In this document: positions 37,927 through 47,925 of the stretch, one piece after another
Numbering within the stretch: position 1 is the stretch's first letter
Layout of the letters: every line of letters begins with the position of its first letter
From: a virus
Lineage: Duplodnaviria > Caudoviricetes
Strand: one strand, 5' to 3'
Virus record (IMG/VR): IMGVR_UViG_3300025769_000106
Location: 190 to 64,189 of that record
Length of the DNA: 64,000 nt
The notes under the pieces: model-generated
The model's database searches: none
Seen by the model: the letters and a program-made list of their open reading frames with translations, nothing else
What the model was told of the DNA's origin: nothing
Translations under genes and position numbers: made by a program

Positions 37927-39378
37927 TCAATCCTTCTTTCCACGGTTAAGAAGTCGAGCAGCCAAGTCATCGGAGGTCAATTTTTTCTCATCCTTTGCCT
38001 CTGTCAAAGGTTCGGAAAGATCCTTTCCTTGAGCCTCTTTTCGTTCTTGTGATTGCGTTTTTCGACGTTCCTTTCGCTGTGCTTTTTGATTTGCCTTGTA
38101 TTCATCGATTGCTTCCATTGCTTCCGAATGGAGAGCCGCATCCATGTCTTCCAAATCTGCCTCAGCATTGTAAAGTTGCGTGTATGCTTCTTTGTTTCCT
38201 TCATTGACCAACTCAATGACTCGATAAACGTCTTCAGGATCGGGGCGAGATCCCAATCGAGGAACTTCGGTGGTTGGCTTGATCGCTTCTTCAACCTTTT
38301 TTGATGGAACGATGGTTTTTTCCTTTGGCTTTGCCAAATCAGCCATTGTCATCCCCCCTGTTCCCTTCTTTTTTGGTTTCAGTCTCTTTGATGCCGCTTC
38401 TGCCACAGGATCTGGTTTGCCTTCAACAGGTTTCATCTCGCTGCTCATTGCTTGGCTCAAACGAGCCTCTGTTGCTTTTTTGTCCTCAGCATCGGAAGGC
38501 GGTGTTGGTTGTTTTGAAGCAGTTGGCTTGGCTTTCTTTCGTTGCATATCCTGCACTATGTCTCTCCTTCTAACGTTGAATCCATGGTATGGGTTTCCTT
38601 CTGGACTTGTATCATGCATTCCTTCATCACCGATTGCCTCAGCAATGCTTCCCGCCATCAATGGTTTGATCACATTTGCAAGATTCTTGTTTGGCTTTGG
38701 TGGCAAACCTCTCATATCGGATTGCAAAGGTTTCATTTCATTTACGGCTTCAACAACGTCCTCAGTTGGCTCGATGACTTCGGATGCGGGTCTTTCGATT
38801 GGACCTGTTGGAGGTACGAATTCACTTATGTCCTCATAGAGCGATTTCGACTCTCCGTGTTCATCGTAAAGAAAAGCAGATTCAACATCGTCCGTGATCA
38901 TGCTATGATGATAATCCTCAACTGGGATTTGCACAACTTCGCCACTTTTGTAGGCAATATCGATGTGCGGCGTTTCACCGCTTTCAAATCCAGGTGTGAT
39001 TTCCTCTTCATTCGCCATACCAAGTGCGTCCATAGCGGAAACCTCCGCTGGAATGAGCGTTGGCCTACGAGGGGTCAATGTAGCCGTGCGAGGTTCTTCT
39101 CTTCTTGTCTCGGTTGAAGTTGGCCTTCTTCGAGTCGGCCTTCTTCGAGTTGGAGAGGCAGGAGGAGCAGGAGGAGCGGATGATGCAGATCTTCGAGTTG
39201 GTCTTCGTCGAGGAGTTGGCCTGTTTGGATTTACGCCTCGTTGCATATCTTGCATGGCCTTGAATCGCCTCATCATCTCTGGAGCGCGAGCATAGGCTTC
39301 TTGACGCCTTCGTTCACGGCCTCTTCCAAATGCTGATTTCTCAACAGATCTCCACGCGTGATCGAACGATTCAGTCAT
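37927..39378 (-). CDS. Low-complexity Arg/Pro/Glu/Lys-rich protein carrying the shared N-terminal leader (MTESFDHAWRSVEK|S)
   Basis: 483 aa; RRPT repeats; leader motif as in the 50-64 kb array. Confidence 0.6.
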   Translation of the reverse strand: MTESFDHAWRSVEKSAFGRGRERRRQEAYARAPEMMRRFKAMQDMQRGVNPNRPTPRRRPTRRSASSAPPAPPASPTRRRPTRRRPTSTETRREEPRTATLTPRRPTLIPAEVSAMDALGMANEEEITPGFESGETPHIDIAYKSGEVVQIPVEDYHHSMITDDVESAFLYDEHGESKSLYEDISEFVPPTGPIERPASEVIEPTEDVVEAVNEMKPLQSDMRGLPPKPNKNLANVIKPLMAGSIAEAIGDEGMHDTSPEGNPYHGFNVRRRDIVQDMQRKKAKPTASKQPTPPSDAEDKKATEARLSQAMSSEMKPVEGKPDPVAEAASKRLKPKKKGTGGMTMADLAKPKEKTIVPSKKVEEAIKPTTEVPRLGSRPDPEDVYRVIELVNEGNKEAYTQLYNAEADLEDMDAALHSEAMEAIDEYKANQKAQRKERRKTQSQERKEAQGKDLSEPLTEAKDEKKLTSDDLAARLLNRGKKD

Positions 39379-39382
39379 TCTT

Positions 39383-40303
39383 TCACCTTCGGAGATTGTG
39401 TGTTGTATTTCGCTCTTGAATTGATTTACGGATCAGCAATGTGCTTGAGAGTCGATCATGAGAGGTCATAACAGGAGACATTCCCATTGAACGTTGATTC
39501 ATGCGACCTTGGGCTTGATCGTATCGCTGAGTCTGTTGTTGCGATTGTTGGTTGGCTTTCCGTCGAGCAATTCCACCTGTGGATCCGAATTGTGATGTTA
39601 AGCCCAAGGTTCCAATATCAGCGATCTTACCCATCAATGAGCGGTTCTTCATGTAAGTCTTCTCCTCGGCTCCTTTTCCGCCTTGGAGTGTTTGCATATC
39701 CTGTCCCGCTTGGAATTGTTGAGCCATCCCTTGGACTTGCGGATTCAATGTGTTTGTAGTCGTTGTTTTGACTTCTTGCGGAGATCCATCTGCATTCAAG
39801 GTTGTCGTGGTTTTCTCATCCACCGTATCAGGCACAGCGGGGTTTCCATTGGCTCCACCTGCGCCCGTGGTGTCAACGACATTTGTTGCAGGAGCCTGTT
39901 GAGTCGCTTGATCGGCAGGAGGCGCAGCAGGTGCAGCGGGTGTTTGCCGTGCAGCCATTTCATCGGCCACGTTTTGAACTTCTTCTTTTTTAGGCCCTCT
40001 TTGTGCAGGATCCACACTTGTTCCATCTGGGAAAGGTGCGCCAGCCATCTGTGAAGTTGATTCTTGGCTTGCTGTCGTGGGAGTACCTCGCTCAAGGTTT
40101 TTCATATCCGAAGCGAGTCTTTTCTTTGCAAACCGACCCGCTCTCTTTTGCTCACCAACTCTTCTTGATTGACCGTAGGACATCCCCTGACTGATTGAAC
40201 GGCCCAGATTTGCGAGAGGATTGGTTTCCCTGCCGATGATTCCTGGCAACGCCTTCTCAACACCTTGCTCATTTAATCGTGCTTGTAAAATTAAATCATT
40301 CAT
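39383..40303 (-). CDS. Gln/Ala/Thr-rich low-complexity protein (possible internal virion protein)
   Basis: 306 aa; GVEK|A near the N-terminus and LIRK|S near the C-terminus. Confidence 0.55.
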   Translation of the reverse strand: MNDLILQARLNEQGVEKALPGIIGRETNPLANLGRSISQGMSYGQSRRVGEQKRAGRFAKKRLASDMKNLERGTPTTASQESTSQMAGAPFPDGTSVDPAQRGPKKEEVQNVADEMAARQTPAAPAAPPADQATQQAPATNVVDTTGAGGANGNPAVPDTVDEKTTTTLNADGSPQEVKTTTTNTLNPQVQGMAQQFQAGQDMQTLQGGKGAEEKTYMKNRSLMGKIADIGTLGLTSQFGSTGGIARRKANQQSQQQTQRYDQAQGRMNQRSMGMSPVMTSHDRLSSTLLIRKSIQERNTTHNLRR

Positions 40304-42164
40304 CGAACATCACCTTTACCGTTTGAATTTCATCGTGTCGTAGGCTGAATGATTTAGCAAGGCTATTCCAATCTCCTCGACTGTGAACAATTGTGATGAT
40401 GTCGCTTGGCGGTCGATTCATTTGATTTGCAACCGCATTGACATCAGTCATGGAATGGATCGAGAGTTTTGGAGTTGAGATCTCCTCCTTTGCAATCCTC
40501 ATTTGGACATCCTCAAGCATATTTTTGAGGACAGTCTCATCATCGTCATCGTCGGATTTGCTGAAATTGGGGAACATGGATTCAAAGTGGTATCCCAATG
40601 TATTCAACAATCGACCCATGCGGTTAGTCTCCCCTGACATTCTCGACGCAGACGGTTGTGGGGCATAAGCGTTGGGGATTGGAATTGGATTTGGGCGAGG
40701 ATTTTGGCGAGGAATCCCTGCTGCGTTCATGTGAACATTTGCGGGTGGAGGGGGAGGAGCAGGATTGATCGGTGGAGGGGGAGGAGCAGGTGTTGCATCT
40801 TCTGTTGAGACAACTGGTTGAGTTGAAGCAACTGGTTGACCTCCAACACCTGGCTGAGGTGGCCTCATTCTTCCTTCGGTGTTTAGATCTGGCTGTGGTG
40901 TAGCAGGGGGTGCAACTGGAGAAGGTATTGCCCCGCCTGGAGGAATTTGTGCATTTGGATCAACCCATGTTGGCGGTTTGCCGTCCCTCATTTCCTGTGC
41001 ATGGATTGCTTGCAAAATTCGATTCCTTGAATTGCCCTTGTAGTTGCCACTATGAGCATCTGCAAATACCGAAGCAACTGTTTCATCATCCCATCCGTGA
41101 TGTTGCTTCAAACCTGCAATTGTCTTTCGATCCGTTGGCATTGGATTGCTCTTATTTCCGTGATAGACTCGATTTGAATCATACTTGCCACTAAACGCAG
41201 GACTTTCCCTAAGTTCAGGATGCAAGAATTGATCAAAACCAATACTTGGATCAGAGGCCATGTCGGAGACTTCTGCAACTTGTTGAGCAGCCATGTCTTG
41301 TAGGCCAGTATCGGAGTATTTTCCGTACTCGATCCCACCAGTATGGCGAAGACCTGCAAATTTACGGAAACGAGGCATTTGCTTTAATTTCTCAAGAGCC
41401 ATCATTTGCAGTTGATCCATTGGAACACCAGGGTTTTCATTTTTCAAATCGATGACGGCTTGACCAAGAGGGAATTTGAGGTTTGAGTCTTTGAAATACA
41501 ATGTATCAGTATGCAAAATACCTGGGCGGATTTCCTTGCTTGGCGTAGGAGCCTTGACTTCTGGATGACGTTCATGTCGTTCCTGTTGCAATCCTTGCCA
41601 ATATGGTCGAGCATATGATTCGGGTTTCTGTGTGTTCTTACTCCGATATTGCGTGATCAGTTGTCCAAATTTGTCATGTGTATTCCCGTCTTGAGCATAT
41701 CCAACAACAGAAGCCGTCCAAGCATCTGCAACCTTGAATTTTCTCCTTTGTTGTGGATCGGAAACAAACGCATCGGGAATAGGGATAAATTGATGCCCTG
41801 ATGCATCCGAACGTTGTTGATTGATCACATTGGTTCGTCGAATTGCATCATTGATGATGGGCGCACCAGCCTCCATTGCTTTGATGAAAGCAAATTGCCA
41901 ACGCTGTGGCTTTTGAGGATCTGGACCTTCATTGACAATGTTGGCGATGGAAGAATCAACCAATCCTCGTTCAATCGCAATTTTGACAGCATCAGCCTCA
42001 ACACCCGTAAAGGCGTCATGATCCAAGTCATGATGGCTTTCTTGCAAATTTGCAAACCCATCGGCCACGTTATCCGAACCAAGCATTGCGTTGATGAAAT
42101 CATAAATGTTGAATACGCCATCTCCTTTACGGATCACAAATTGATCAAGATCGACCCAAGGCAT
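40296..42164 (-). CDS. Hypothetical protein with Pro-rich linker (~622 aa)
   Basis: ATG after GGTGATGGT; VIRK|G near the N-terminus; poly-Pro region. Confidence 0.6.
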   Translation of the reverse strand: MPWVDLDQFVIRKGDGVFNIYDFINAMLGSDNVADGFANLQESHHDLDHDAFTGVEADAVKIAIERGLVDSSIANIVNEGPDPQKPQRWQFAFIKAMEAGAPIINDAIRRTNVINQQRSDASGHQFIPIPDAFVSDPQQRRKFKVADAWTASVVGYAQDGNTHDKFGQLITQYRSKNTQKPESYARPYWQGLQQERHERHPEVKAPTPSKEIRPGILHTDTLYFKDSNLKFPLGQAVIDLKNENPGVPMDQLQMMALEKLKQMPRFRKFAGLRHTGGIEYGKYSDTGLQDMAAQQVAEVSDMASDPSIGFDQFLHPELRESPAFSGKYDSNRVYHGNKSNPMPTDRKTIAGLKQHHGWDDETVASVFADAHSGNYKGNSRNRILQAIHAQEMRDGKPPTWVDPNAQIPPGGAIPSPVAPPATPQPDLNTEGRMRPPQPGVGGQPVASTQPVVSTEDATPAPPPPPINPAPPPPPANVHMNAAGIPRQNPRPNPIPIPNAYAPQPSASRMSGETNRMGRLLNTLGYHFESMFPNFSKSDDDDDETVLKNMLEDVQMRIAKEEISTPKLSIHSMTDVNAVANQMNRPPSDIITIVHSRGDWNSLAKSFSLRHDEIQTVKVMFDE

Positions 42165-42174
42165 ACCATCACCA

Positions 42175-43683
42175 TCAATACTTTCCAACAAGTCCTATCT
42201 CAGTTGCGGCTTGCCTGTCAATAAAACGATATGGGGGTTCACCTTTCACATGACTCGTTGTGGCTCCTTCTGGAGATGATGCTTCATCACCATTTACAAC
42301 AGATCCAACTTTTGCTGCGTTATCGAGTTCAGGAGTAGCCTTTGTCAATTTGTTGAGTTTCCTCATCAAAGCCTCAATTTTCCTTTTCATGTTCATGAAT
42401 TCCGATCTGGTGATTGATGCCAAACCGCCTTTTGATTTGGCAAGTAGCGGGTCGCTCGTTCCTAAAGGATCTCCTGCTGCATCTCGACTTATGCGTTTTG
42501 GCTTGGTGCTTGTACCCATGCGGGAAACAGTAGGGAGTTTTGTCGATGTACCTTTTGTTCCACCAATCGTCATACCCAATTTACCAGTTCCTCTGGTGTC
42601 GGCGTGTTGAGTCAATCCACGTGGCAATGATCCCTGCGCCCTTCGCATTCGTTCGTATGCTTTCTTTCGCTCCCATGCCACAGGATCTCGAAGACGAAGA
42701 GGAATGCCCTCCGACCTCGTTGCCCCCAGATTCCTAAGAGCGTGGCTACGAACATTTGGATGGAATGCTTGATGCCTCGACTCTCGATCAAGTTGAAGTT
42801 GAACCGCTGCACTTCTTCGCTTTGTTGCAGATTTTGGTTGCCGTCCACCACGGGCAGACTTTACACCCTTCTTGCCACGCTTTTTCCTACGCTTGTTCTT
42901 TTTCTTAGCCTTGCGCTCCTCTTCATCGGATTCTTCATCATCGGTATAACGTCGCCCCTTGTATTTGCGCCGAGCCTTCAAAATACTGTCATACGCAGTA
43001 TCAAACGGATTATCTTCACTTGTGTTCTTTTCCTGCCATTCATGATCGAAAGGCATCATGTCTTGCATTCTTTGAGCGTATTCCTCTTGCCCTAGTTTCA
43101 TTGCAACAGTCTTCTCGCCTCTTGCTTTAGCAGCACAAATAGCGCATTGGCGTTTTTTCCGATTGTGGACAGTCTCAAATGGATCGATTGAAAGTTTTCT
43201 CCCACAATCATCGCATCGAACATAATTGTCAAAAATGCTTTTTCCAAGCATGAAAGGGACAACAGAGTTTTGAGTTCCAAATTTAACATTCGGCCCCTCA
43301 CTACGAACCGAACCAACATTTGCACCAGCAGAGAGTCCCATCCCTCCTCTGTTCATGTCAACCATTCCTGATTCAAGCATTCGTTGCTCTTGCTCCATCA
43401 TTGGAGATCGCCCCAATACATCGTCAATCTTTTCTGGTTTGATGCTCACATGAGGGATCTTTGCGGCCAATTCATCAATTGCTCTTTGACGACGCTTTTG
43501 TGGATCTTGTTGATCATGACTCTCCCCATCTTCTGGAGTTTGTCGAGAATGGTGAGATAGACCATCTCCGTCCTCATTTGGATTTATGTCATGATCGAGG
43601 ACTTCACGTGGATTAAATCCGCCCGTGAATTCTTGAGTTCGAGGAGTCCACAACAACGGCTCTCTTGGATTACTTACGACCAT
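42175..43683 (-). CDS. Basic low-complexity protein with Zn-finger and internal leader-like motif
   Basis: CDDCG...CAIC; internal NPFDTAYDSILK|A followed by a Lys/Arg-rich region. Confidence 0.6.
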   Translation of the reverse strand: MVVSNPREPLLWTPRTQEFTGGFNPREVLDHDINPNEDGDGLSHHSRQTPEDGESHDQQDPQKRRQRAIDELAAKIPHVSIKPEKIDDVLGRSPMMEQEQRMLESGMVDMNRGGMGLSAGANVGSVRSEGPNVKFGTQNSVVPFMLGKSIFDNYVRCDDCGRKLSIDPFETVHNRKKRQCAICAAKARGEKTVAMKLGQEEYAQRMQDMMPFDHEWQEKNTSEDNPFDTAYDSILKARRKYKGRRYTDDEESDEEERKAKKKNKRRKKRGKKGVKSARGGRQPKSATKRRSAAVQLQLDRESRHQAFHPNVRSHALRNLGATRSEGIPLRLRDPVAWERKKAYERMRRAQGSLPRGLTQHADTRGTGKLGMTIGGTKGTSTKLPTVSRMGTSTKPKRISRDAAGDPLGTSDPLLAKSKGGLASITRSEFMNMKRKIEALMRKLNKLTKATPELDNAAKVGSVVNGDEASSPEGATTSHVKGEPPYRFIDRQAATEIGLVGKY

Positions 43684-44113
43684 TTTTCAGCCTCCTTCGT
43701 ATTGCTCGATAGCACATATCGATTTCATTCCCCAATGTCATGTACCATTGGCACAATGTTGGGGTCTTTGCGTATGATTTGGACATTGGAATCATTGCCT
43801 GTTTCAAACCGCTGATCACTTGAGTTGCATCCAAAAGAGCAACACATTCTGCTTTTGAGTTTGCCCGAAGCACCTTCAAATCCTCAAACAACATTCGGCA
43901 AACGATAAGTGAGCCGTACACTTCTCCAACGATATGATCTGGATCGGAGATGCCGTGGTCAAGAATACTGTCATGCCACATTTTTACAACAGCATCAACA
44001 GAATGGCAATAACTTATCGCCTCTTCAATTGTGATGGTTTCTTTGCTAATATCGGAACGCAATACTTCGTCATGAGGCGTACCTCGAAGCATCAATTTGT
44101 GTAGCGTCTTCAT
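43670..44113 (-). CDS. Hypothetical helical protein (~147 aa)
   Basis: ATG at 44113 overlaps the upstream TGA (ATGA). Confidence 0.55.
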   Translation of the reverse strand: MKTLHKLMLRGTPHDEVLRSDISKETITIEEAISYCHSVDAVVKMWHDSILDHGISDPDHIVGEVYGSLIVCRMLFEDLKVLRANSKAECVALLDATQVISGLKQAMIPMSKSYAKTPTLCQWYMTLGNEIDMCYRAIRRRLKNGRK

Positions 44114-44820
44114 TCGCTCATCACCCCTGCGGCGATTAGCCTTGATTTTATTTGCGACCATTCGGTTGGAGATTTTTCAACGAAATACTCCTGCATGACT
44201 GTAAGAACTGAAACAGATTGCCGATCATCGATTGATTCAGCCTTTTCCATCCATTTTGCAAGTTCGAGAAGAGTATCACGAATTTCCCGATGTCCTTTGA
44301 AGACTGTTTCAACATCCCTCATATTGACAATTTCATCCTCGTCATCGAATTGATTTTCAACATGATCAAGGACACGCCCCATGAGCCGATCCAATCGATT
44401 GAGATTCTTTTCAACTCGTTGCAATGATTCATGGACACTTTTCATGGCCGAAGGCAATGCATCAATGGAAACGTGTTGCTGGATAATTGGTTTGGTGTGT
44501 TTTTCCATATGATTTGAAATAACGCTACTGGCTATATCCAACTCTGTTGCAAAATCGTCAATCCCCGCATGGCCTTCCAGGATAGCAGCCTCAATCTCTG
44601 CTCTGTTCGGATCCGTACACAAGGGGCAATCATGGTTGCTGTTGTTGTAGTATTCGCCCGAATGACGACGCATATGGCGGTGTGATGTTCCATCCGCCCA
44701 TTGATTCAATCGATCAATCTCTTCGACATCATGGATGCCTTTGCGAATCATTTCTTCAAACGAATCTCGATCTGGATGTTGACAGAACGGGCAATTCTTC
44801 CGAGTCTGCCGCCCTGCCAT
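44110..44820 (-). CDS. Putative terminase small subunit / Zn-binding HTH repeat protein
   Basis: Two repeats, CPFCQHPDR...HMRRH and CPLCTDPNR...NHMEKH, plus a C-terminal coiled coil; first gene of the packaging operon, with ATTAAG 22 nt upstream. Confidence 0.55.
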   Translation of the reverse strand: MAGRQTRKNCPFCQHPDRDSFEEMIRKGIHDVEEIDRLNQWADGTSHRHMRRHSGEYYNNSNHDCPLCTDPNRAEIEAAILEGHAGIDDFATELDIASSVISNHMEKHTKPIIQQHVSIDALPSAMKSVHESLQRVEKNLNRLDRLMGRVLDHVENQFDDEDEIVNMRDVETVFKGHREIRDTLLELAKWMEKAESIDDRQSVSVLTVMQEYFVEKSPTEWSQIKSRLIAAGVMSE

Positions 44821-44843
44821 ACTCTGCTCCACACGCCCTGCCC

Positions 44844-45065
44844 TTAATTGGATTTGTCATGGTTTTTGTGTTGATGGCAACGATTGTTGTATTTTTTAGA
44901 TCCTGCGCTTTGACACGGCTTGCCCGATTTTGTTATTGCGCCACACTTTGTTTTCTTACCAAGAATGATCTTGACATCATCCAAATCAAAATCGCCATCG
45001 CCGTCTTGATCGAAACGTCGAAGAATCGGACTGTATGGCAACGGATTGTATGCTCGAAGCCCCAT
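44844..45065 (-). CDS. Small protein with EF-hand-like loop and C3H Zn-knuckle
   Basis: DQDGDGDFDLDD; CGAITKSGKPC...RCHQH. Confidence 0.55.
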   Translation of the reverse strand: MGLRAYNPLPYSPILRRFDQDGDGDFDLDDVKIILGKKTKCGAITKSGKPCQSAGSKKYNNRCHQHKNHDKSN

Positions 45066-45078
45066 ATTCCTTGAGGCA

Positions 45079-45330
45079 TTACCGAAAGGAGGCAAATTGT
45101 CGAACCGCAACCGAGAGGGTGAACATCAGCCCTAAAGCCCCCAAAAGAACTTGACCAGAAGTCAATGAACTCCCCTTCCAAATCAGCATCACAAACAATG
45201 CCAGCATGAATGATAGAATGTAAATCATCGTTGCACTTTCGACCAGCATTTTGTTTGGACTCAATAACTCAACGGTCTGCCCGTACATATTCGTTTGATT
45301 TGGTGATCTGGATTCATCTTCTTGTATCAT
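45079..45330 (-). CDS. Small membrane protein (2 predicted TM helices)
   Basis: ATMIYILSFMLALFVMLIW and VLLGALGLMFTLSVAV. Confidence 0.65.
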   Translation of the reverse strand: MIQEDESRSPNQTNMYGQTVELLSPNKMLVESATMIYILSFMLALFVMLIWKGSSLTSGQVLLGALGLMFTLSVAVRQFASFR

Positions 45331-45950
45331 AGTACCGCCGCTCCCATTGTTGCGCCCTTAGCCATTGTTTGTCCAAAACCGCCTTGCTGCTGAACTTGAT
45401 TCCCAAGCATACCTCCAAGGAGGCTTCCAAAGAACCCAGGTTGTTGCGGATTCATCATTCCTCCCATGGTGTGCGCTTGTAGGAACATCTGTTTCTGTTG
45501 TTCATTCATTTGCAAAGTTTGTTGTGCAGATGCTTGCAATCGAGTGAGGGTGAGTCCAAGATTTTCAGGAGACATTGTGTTGATTGAAGCAGGGAGACTG
45601 GCTGCATCTAAGGTCATCAATCCAGTTGCTTCATCCAATTTGAACGAAACAGAGGAAAAGAATTCTTTCACAGACAGGCGAACGATTTCACCGATCAACT
45701 CCATCATCAAAGGCATATTTTGAGTCGTCATGAATTGAGCCATAGGATCATAAAGAGAAAGCAGACGTGCGGTTGCCGTGATTGGGTCATTTGCCATTTG
45801 CTGCATCATAGGATTTTGAGCCATTTGCATACCCATCATTGATGGATCCATTCCCATTCCCATTCCCATTCCCATGCTGTTCATTTGCGTCGGTGCGCCG
45901 AATTGTTGAGTCGGCTGTGTTTCATTCTTTGAGAACCATCCCATAATCAT
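45327..45950 (-). CDS. Met/Gln/Gly-rich protein
   Basis: 207 aa; (ATGGGA)n repeat encodes MGMGMG; amphipathic ends. Confidence 0.6.
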   Translation of the reverse strand: MIMGWFSKNETQPTQQFGAPTQMNSMGMGMGMGMDPSMMGMQMAQNPMMQQMANDPITATARLLSLYDPMAQFMTTQNMPLMMELIGEIVRLSVKEFFSSVSFKLDEATGLMTLDAASLPASINTMSPENLGLTLTRLQASAQQTLQMNEQQKQMFLQAHTMGGMMNPQQPGFFGSLLGGMLGNQVQQQGGFGQTMAKGATMGAAVL

Positions 45951-46936
45951 CCCTCATTCGTTGGCGTTGTTGAGCCTTGTTGCTGCCCCAATATAGCGTT
46001 GTTCATTTGATTTTGCATATTTCCGCCCATTCCCATTGCGTTTCTTTGAGCCAGTAAGGTTTCCGATTGAATTGCTCGAAGATCAAATGTGATGTGTACC
46101 AGATCAACAACACCAGTCGAAGGGTTAGGCAATTGCGTCAAATGAATGCCTTTGCTATGTTGAGCGTCTTTGTGAATCATTGCAAAGAATTGATCATACT
46201 TCAACAATGAATCGGGTGTGCTTCGATTTGTCTTCGTTGAACCTGCTGCCATCAATGCCCCCATACCTGGGATTTTGGTGAACTTTGTTCCCTTGCTTGC
46301 AAAACGTTTGAATCCTTGAGATTCCAAATCATGTTCTTGCAATATGGATCGTAGCGTATGATAAATGTGCAGATGTGCAGGGCAAAGGGTGCTATTCATC
46401 TCATCGCCGTGATCACCGTGCGTTCGAGCCAGAGGCTTCTTTGCATTCCCCGTATCTTCATCAAACCAATAAATGTCGGCCAATGAAAGTCCTGTCGCCT
46501 CGTCAACGATGTGTGCATAAGCATTATCGCCTTCAAGGAAACGTCGAATGTCAACTCCACAACAAGCACATTCATGTGCAGCATTGTATCGGTAAATTTT
46601 GAAAAGACCCAGATTATAAGAAGGTGGCCTTAACGCTTTACGGAGCATTTTGATGTTCTTTTTTCGAGCCTTTGCAGGATTCTTTGGATTTGACTTCAAT
46701 TGGATCTCAACAGTTGGAATCAATTGTTCTTCGCCAACATCTCCTGTCGATCCAGCACTTGCCATCTCAGCACGTTGCTGAGTCTTCAACAATTCATAGG
46801 ATACTCCTGATTGTTGAGCCACACCTCGAAGTTGTTCGTCGGACAGTCCTCGAAGAGAGATACCTCCCCCAAACGAAAAAGGGTTGAACGCCCTTGCATT
46901 CCACGCCATTAACCCTGCCATAACTGACAACATCAT
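45947..46936 (-). CDS. Hypothetical Zn-binding protein
   Basis: ECACCG ... LCPAHLH; 329 aa. Confidence 0.6.
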   Translation of the reverse strand: MMLSVMAGLMAWNARAFNPFSFGGGISLRGLSDEQLRGVAQQSGVSYELLKTQQRAEMASAGSTGDVGEEQLIPTVEIQLKSNPKNPAKARKKNIKMLRKALRPPSYNLGLFKIYRYNAAHECACCGVDIRRFLEGDNAYAHIVDEATGLSLADIYWFDEDTGNAKKPLARTHGDHGDEMNSTLCPAHLHIYHTLRSILQEHDLESQGFKRFASKGTKFTKIPGMGALMAAGSTKTNRSTPDSLLKYDQFFAMIHKDAQHSKGIHLTQLPNPSTGVVDLVHITFDLRAIQSETLLAQRNAMGMGGNMQNQMNNAILGQQQGSTTPTNEG

Positions 46937-46946
46937 AAAGGCATCG

Positions 46947-47681
46947 CTACATAGATTGGAGTAGTTCAGTCAATGACTTTTCCACGTTTATGCCATGCTG
47001 AGAGGATATTGCTTTGATTTCGGCACGGATCCCCGCCCTTCTCAATCGTTTCAATGATTCACGGTACGGGGCAACCACAGGATGTTCCTTCTGCATACCG
47101 TACTCCCAAAGGGTCTGGGCGTTTTGATCCCACCAAACATCGATCTTATTCACCATCAAACAAAACAATCGAGGAACATATTTTTTTGAGTTCCGTCTTG
47201 ATTTTCTTGAAATGTTCTTGCTAATATCCTTTTTGATGATATTGTCCACCAAGTAGGCTAATCCCGCAGCAGAATCAGCAGCAAATTGAGGGGAGGTCAT
47301 TGATCTGTGATCGACCATGTAAATGATCAATTCCACTTTTCGCCCAAACATATCATCGACCCAAAGGTTGCGAAACATATGATCTCCCGCCAGATCAGTT
47401 GTTTGAACAGGGGTTTTGTCTTTCTTGTACCGTATTTTTTTCCGAGTAGCGGTCGGATCCTGAAAACCAGTTGATGTTTTTGCTTTTGGATGAGAGGTAC
47501 GAAAATGCAAAGGTATCGGTTCAATATCACCTGGAACGGTGAGATATTGATCGAGAGTTGTTTTTCCAACCAAAGAAGGCCCGTATATCCCTACTCGATA
47601 CGGTTTCAAAACACGGTACATTGCATAAAGTGCAGATGTCGATGCCATCAACATATGCCCTGCGATAAGGGCTGACATCAA
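46947..47681 (-). CDS. Small Ras/Arf-superfamily P-loop GTPase with hydrophobic N-terminus
   Basis: G1 GPSLVGKTT, G3 DLAG, IIYMVD strand, G4 VNKID, G5 ISSQHG. Confidence 0.8.
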   Translation of the reverse strand: MMSALIAGHMLMASTSALYAMYRVLKPYRVGIYGPSLVGKTTLDQYLTVPGDIEPIPLHFRTSHPKAKTSTGFQDPTATRKKIRYKKDKTPVQTTDLAGDHMFRNLWVDDMFGRKVELIIYMVDHRSMTSPQFAADSAAGLAYLVDNIIKKDISKNISRKSRRNSKKYVPRLFCLMVNKIDVWWDQNAQTLWEYGMQKEHPVVAPYRESLKRLRRAGIRAEIKAISSQHGINVEKSLTELLQSM

Positions 47682-47688
47682 AGACCAC

Positions 47689-47913
47689 CTATCCGCTTAA
47701 TCCTTTGAAAAAATTGACCACATCGGAAGGGGATACTCCCAAGATTTCCAATCCGAACAGAATAGCAAATGTGAGAGCGATTCCTCCGATCAAAGCAACA
47801 ACTGTTCGTACCCATCCTGCAACTCGCTCCATTTTTCGCTCATACGCATTTTCCGCCAGGATCTGCGACATGGCTTCGGTTTGACGCTCTTGCGTTGTTG
47901 TGAAAGGCCACAT
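47689..47913 (-). CDS. Small membrane protein (1 TM)
   Basis: VVALIGGIALTFAILFGLEILGV. Confidence 0.65.
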   Translation of the reverse strand: MWPFTTTQERQTEAMSQILAENAYERKMERVAGWVRTVVALIGGIALTFAILFGLEILGVSPSDVVNFFKGLSG

Positions 47914-47925
47914 AAGGATACCCCC

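Noticed and set aside
39121-39200. Short tandem repeats (15-nt unit here; ATGGGA x4 near 45851-45875)
   Set aside because: They are explained by low-complexity protein sequence (RRPTR, MGMG); in frame, with no sign of a phase-variation role.
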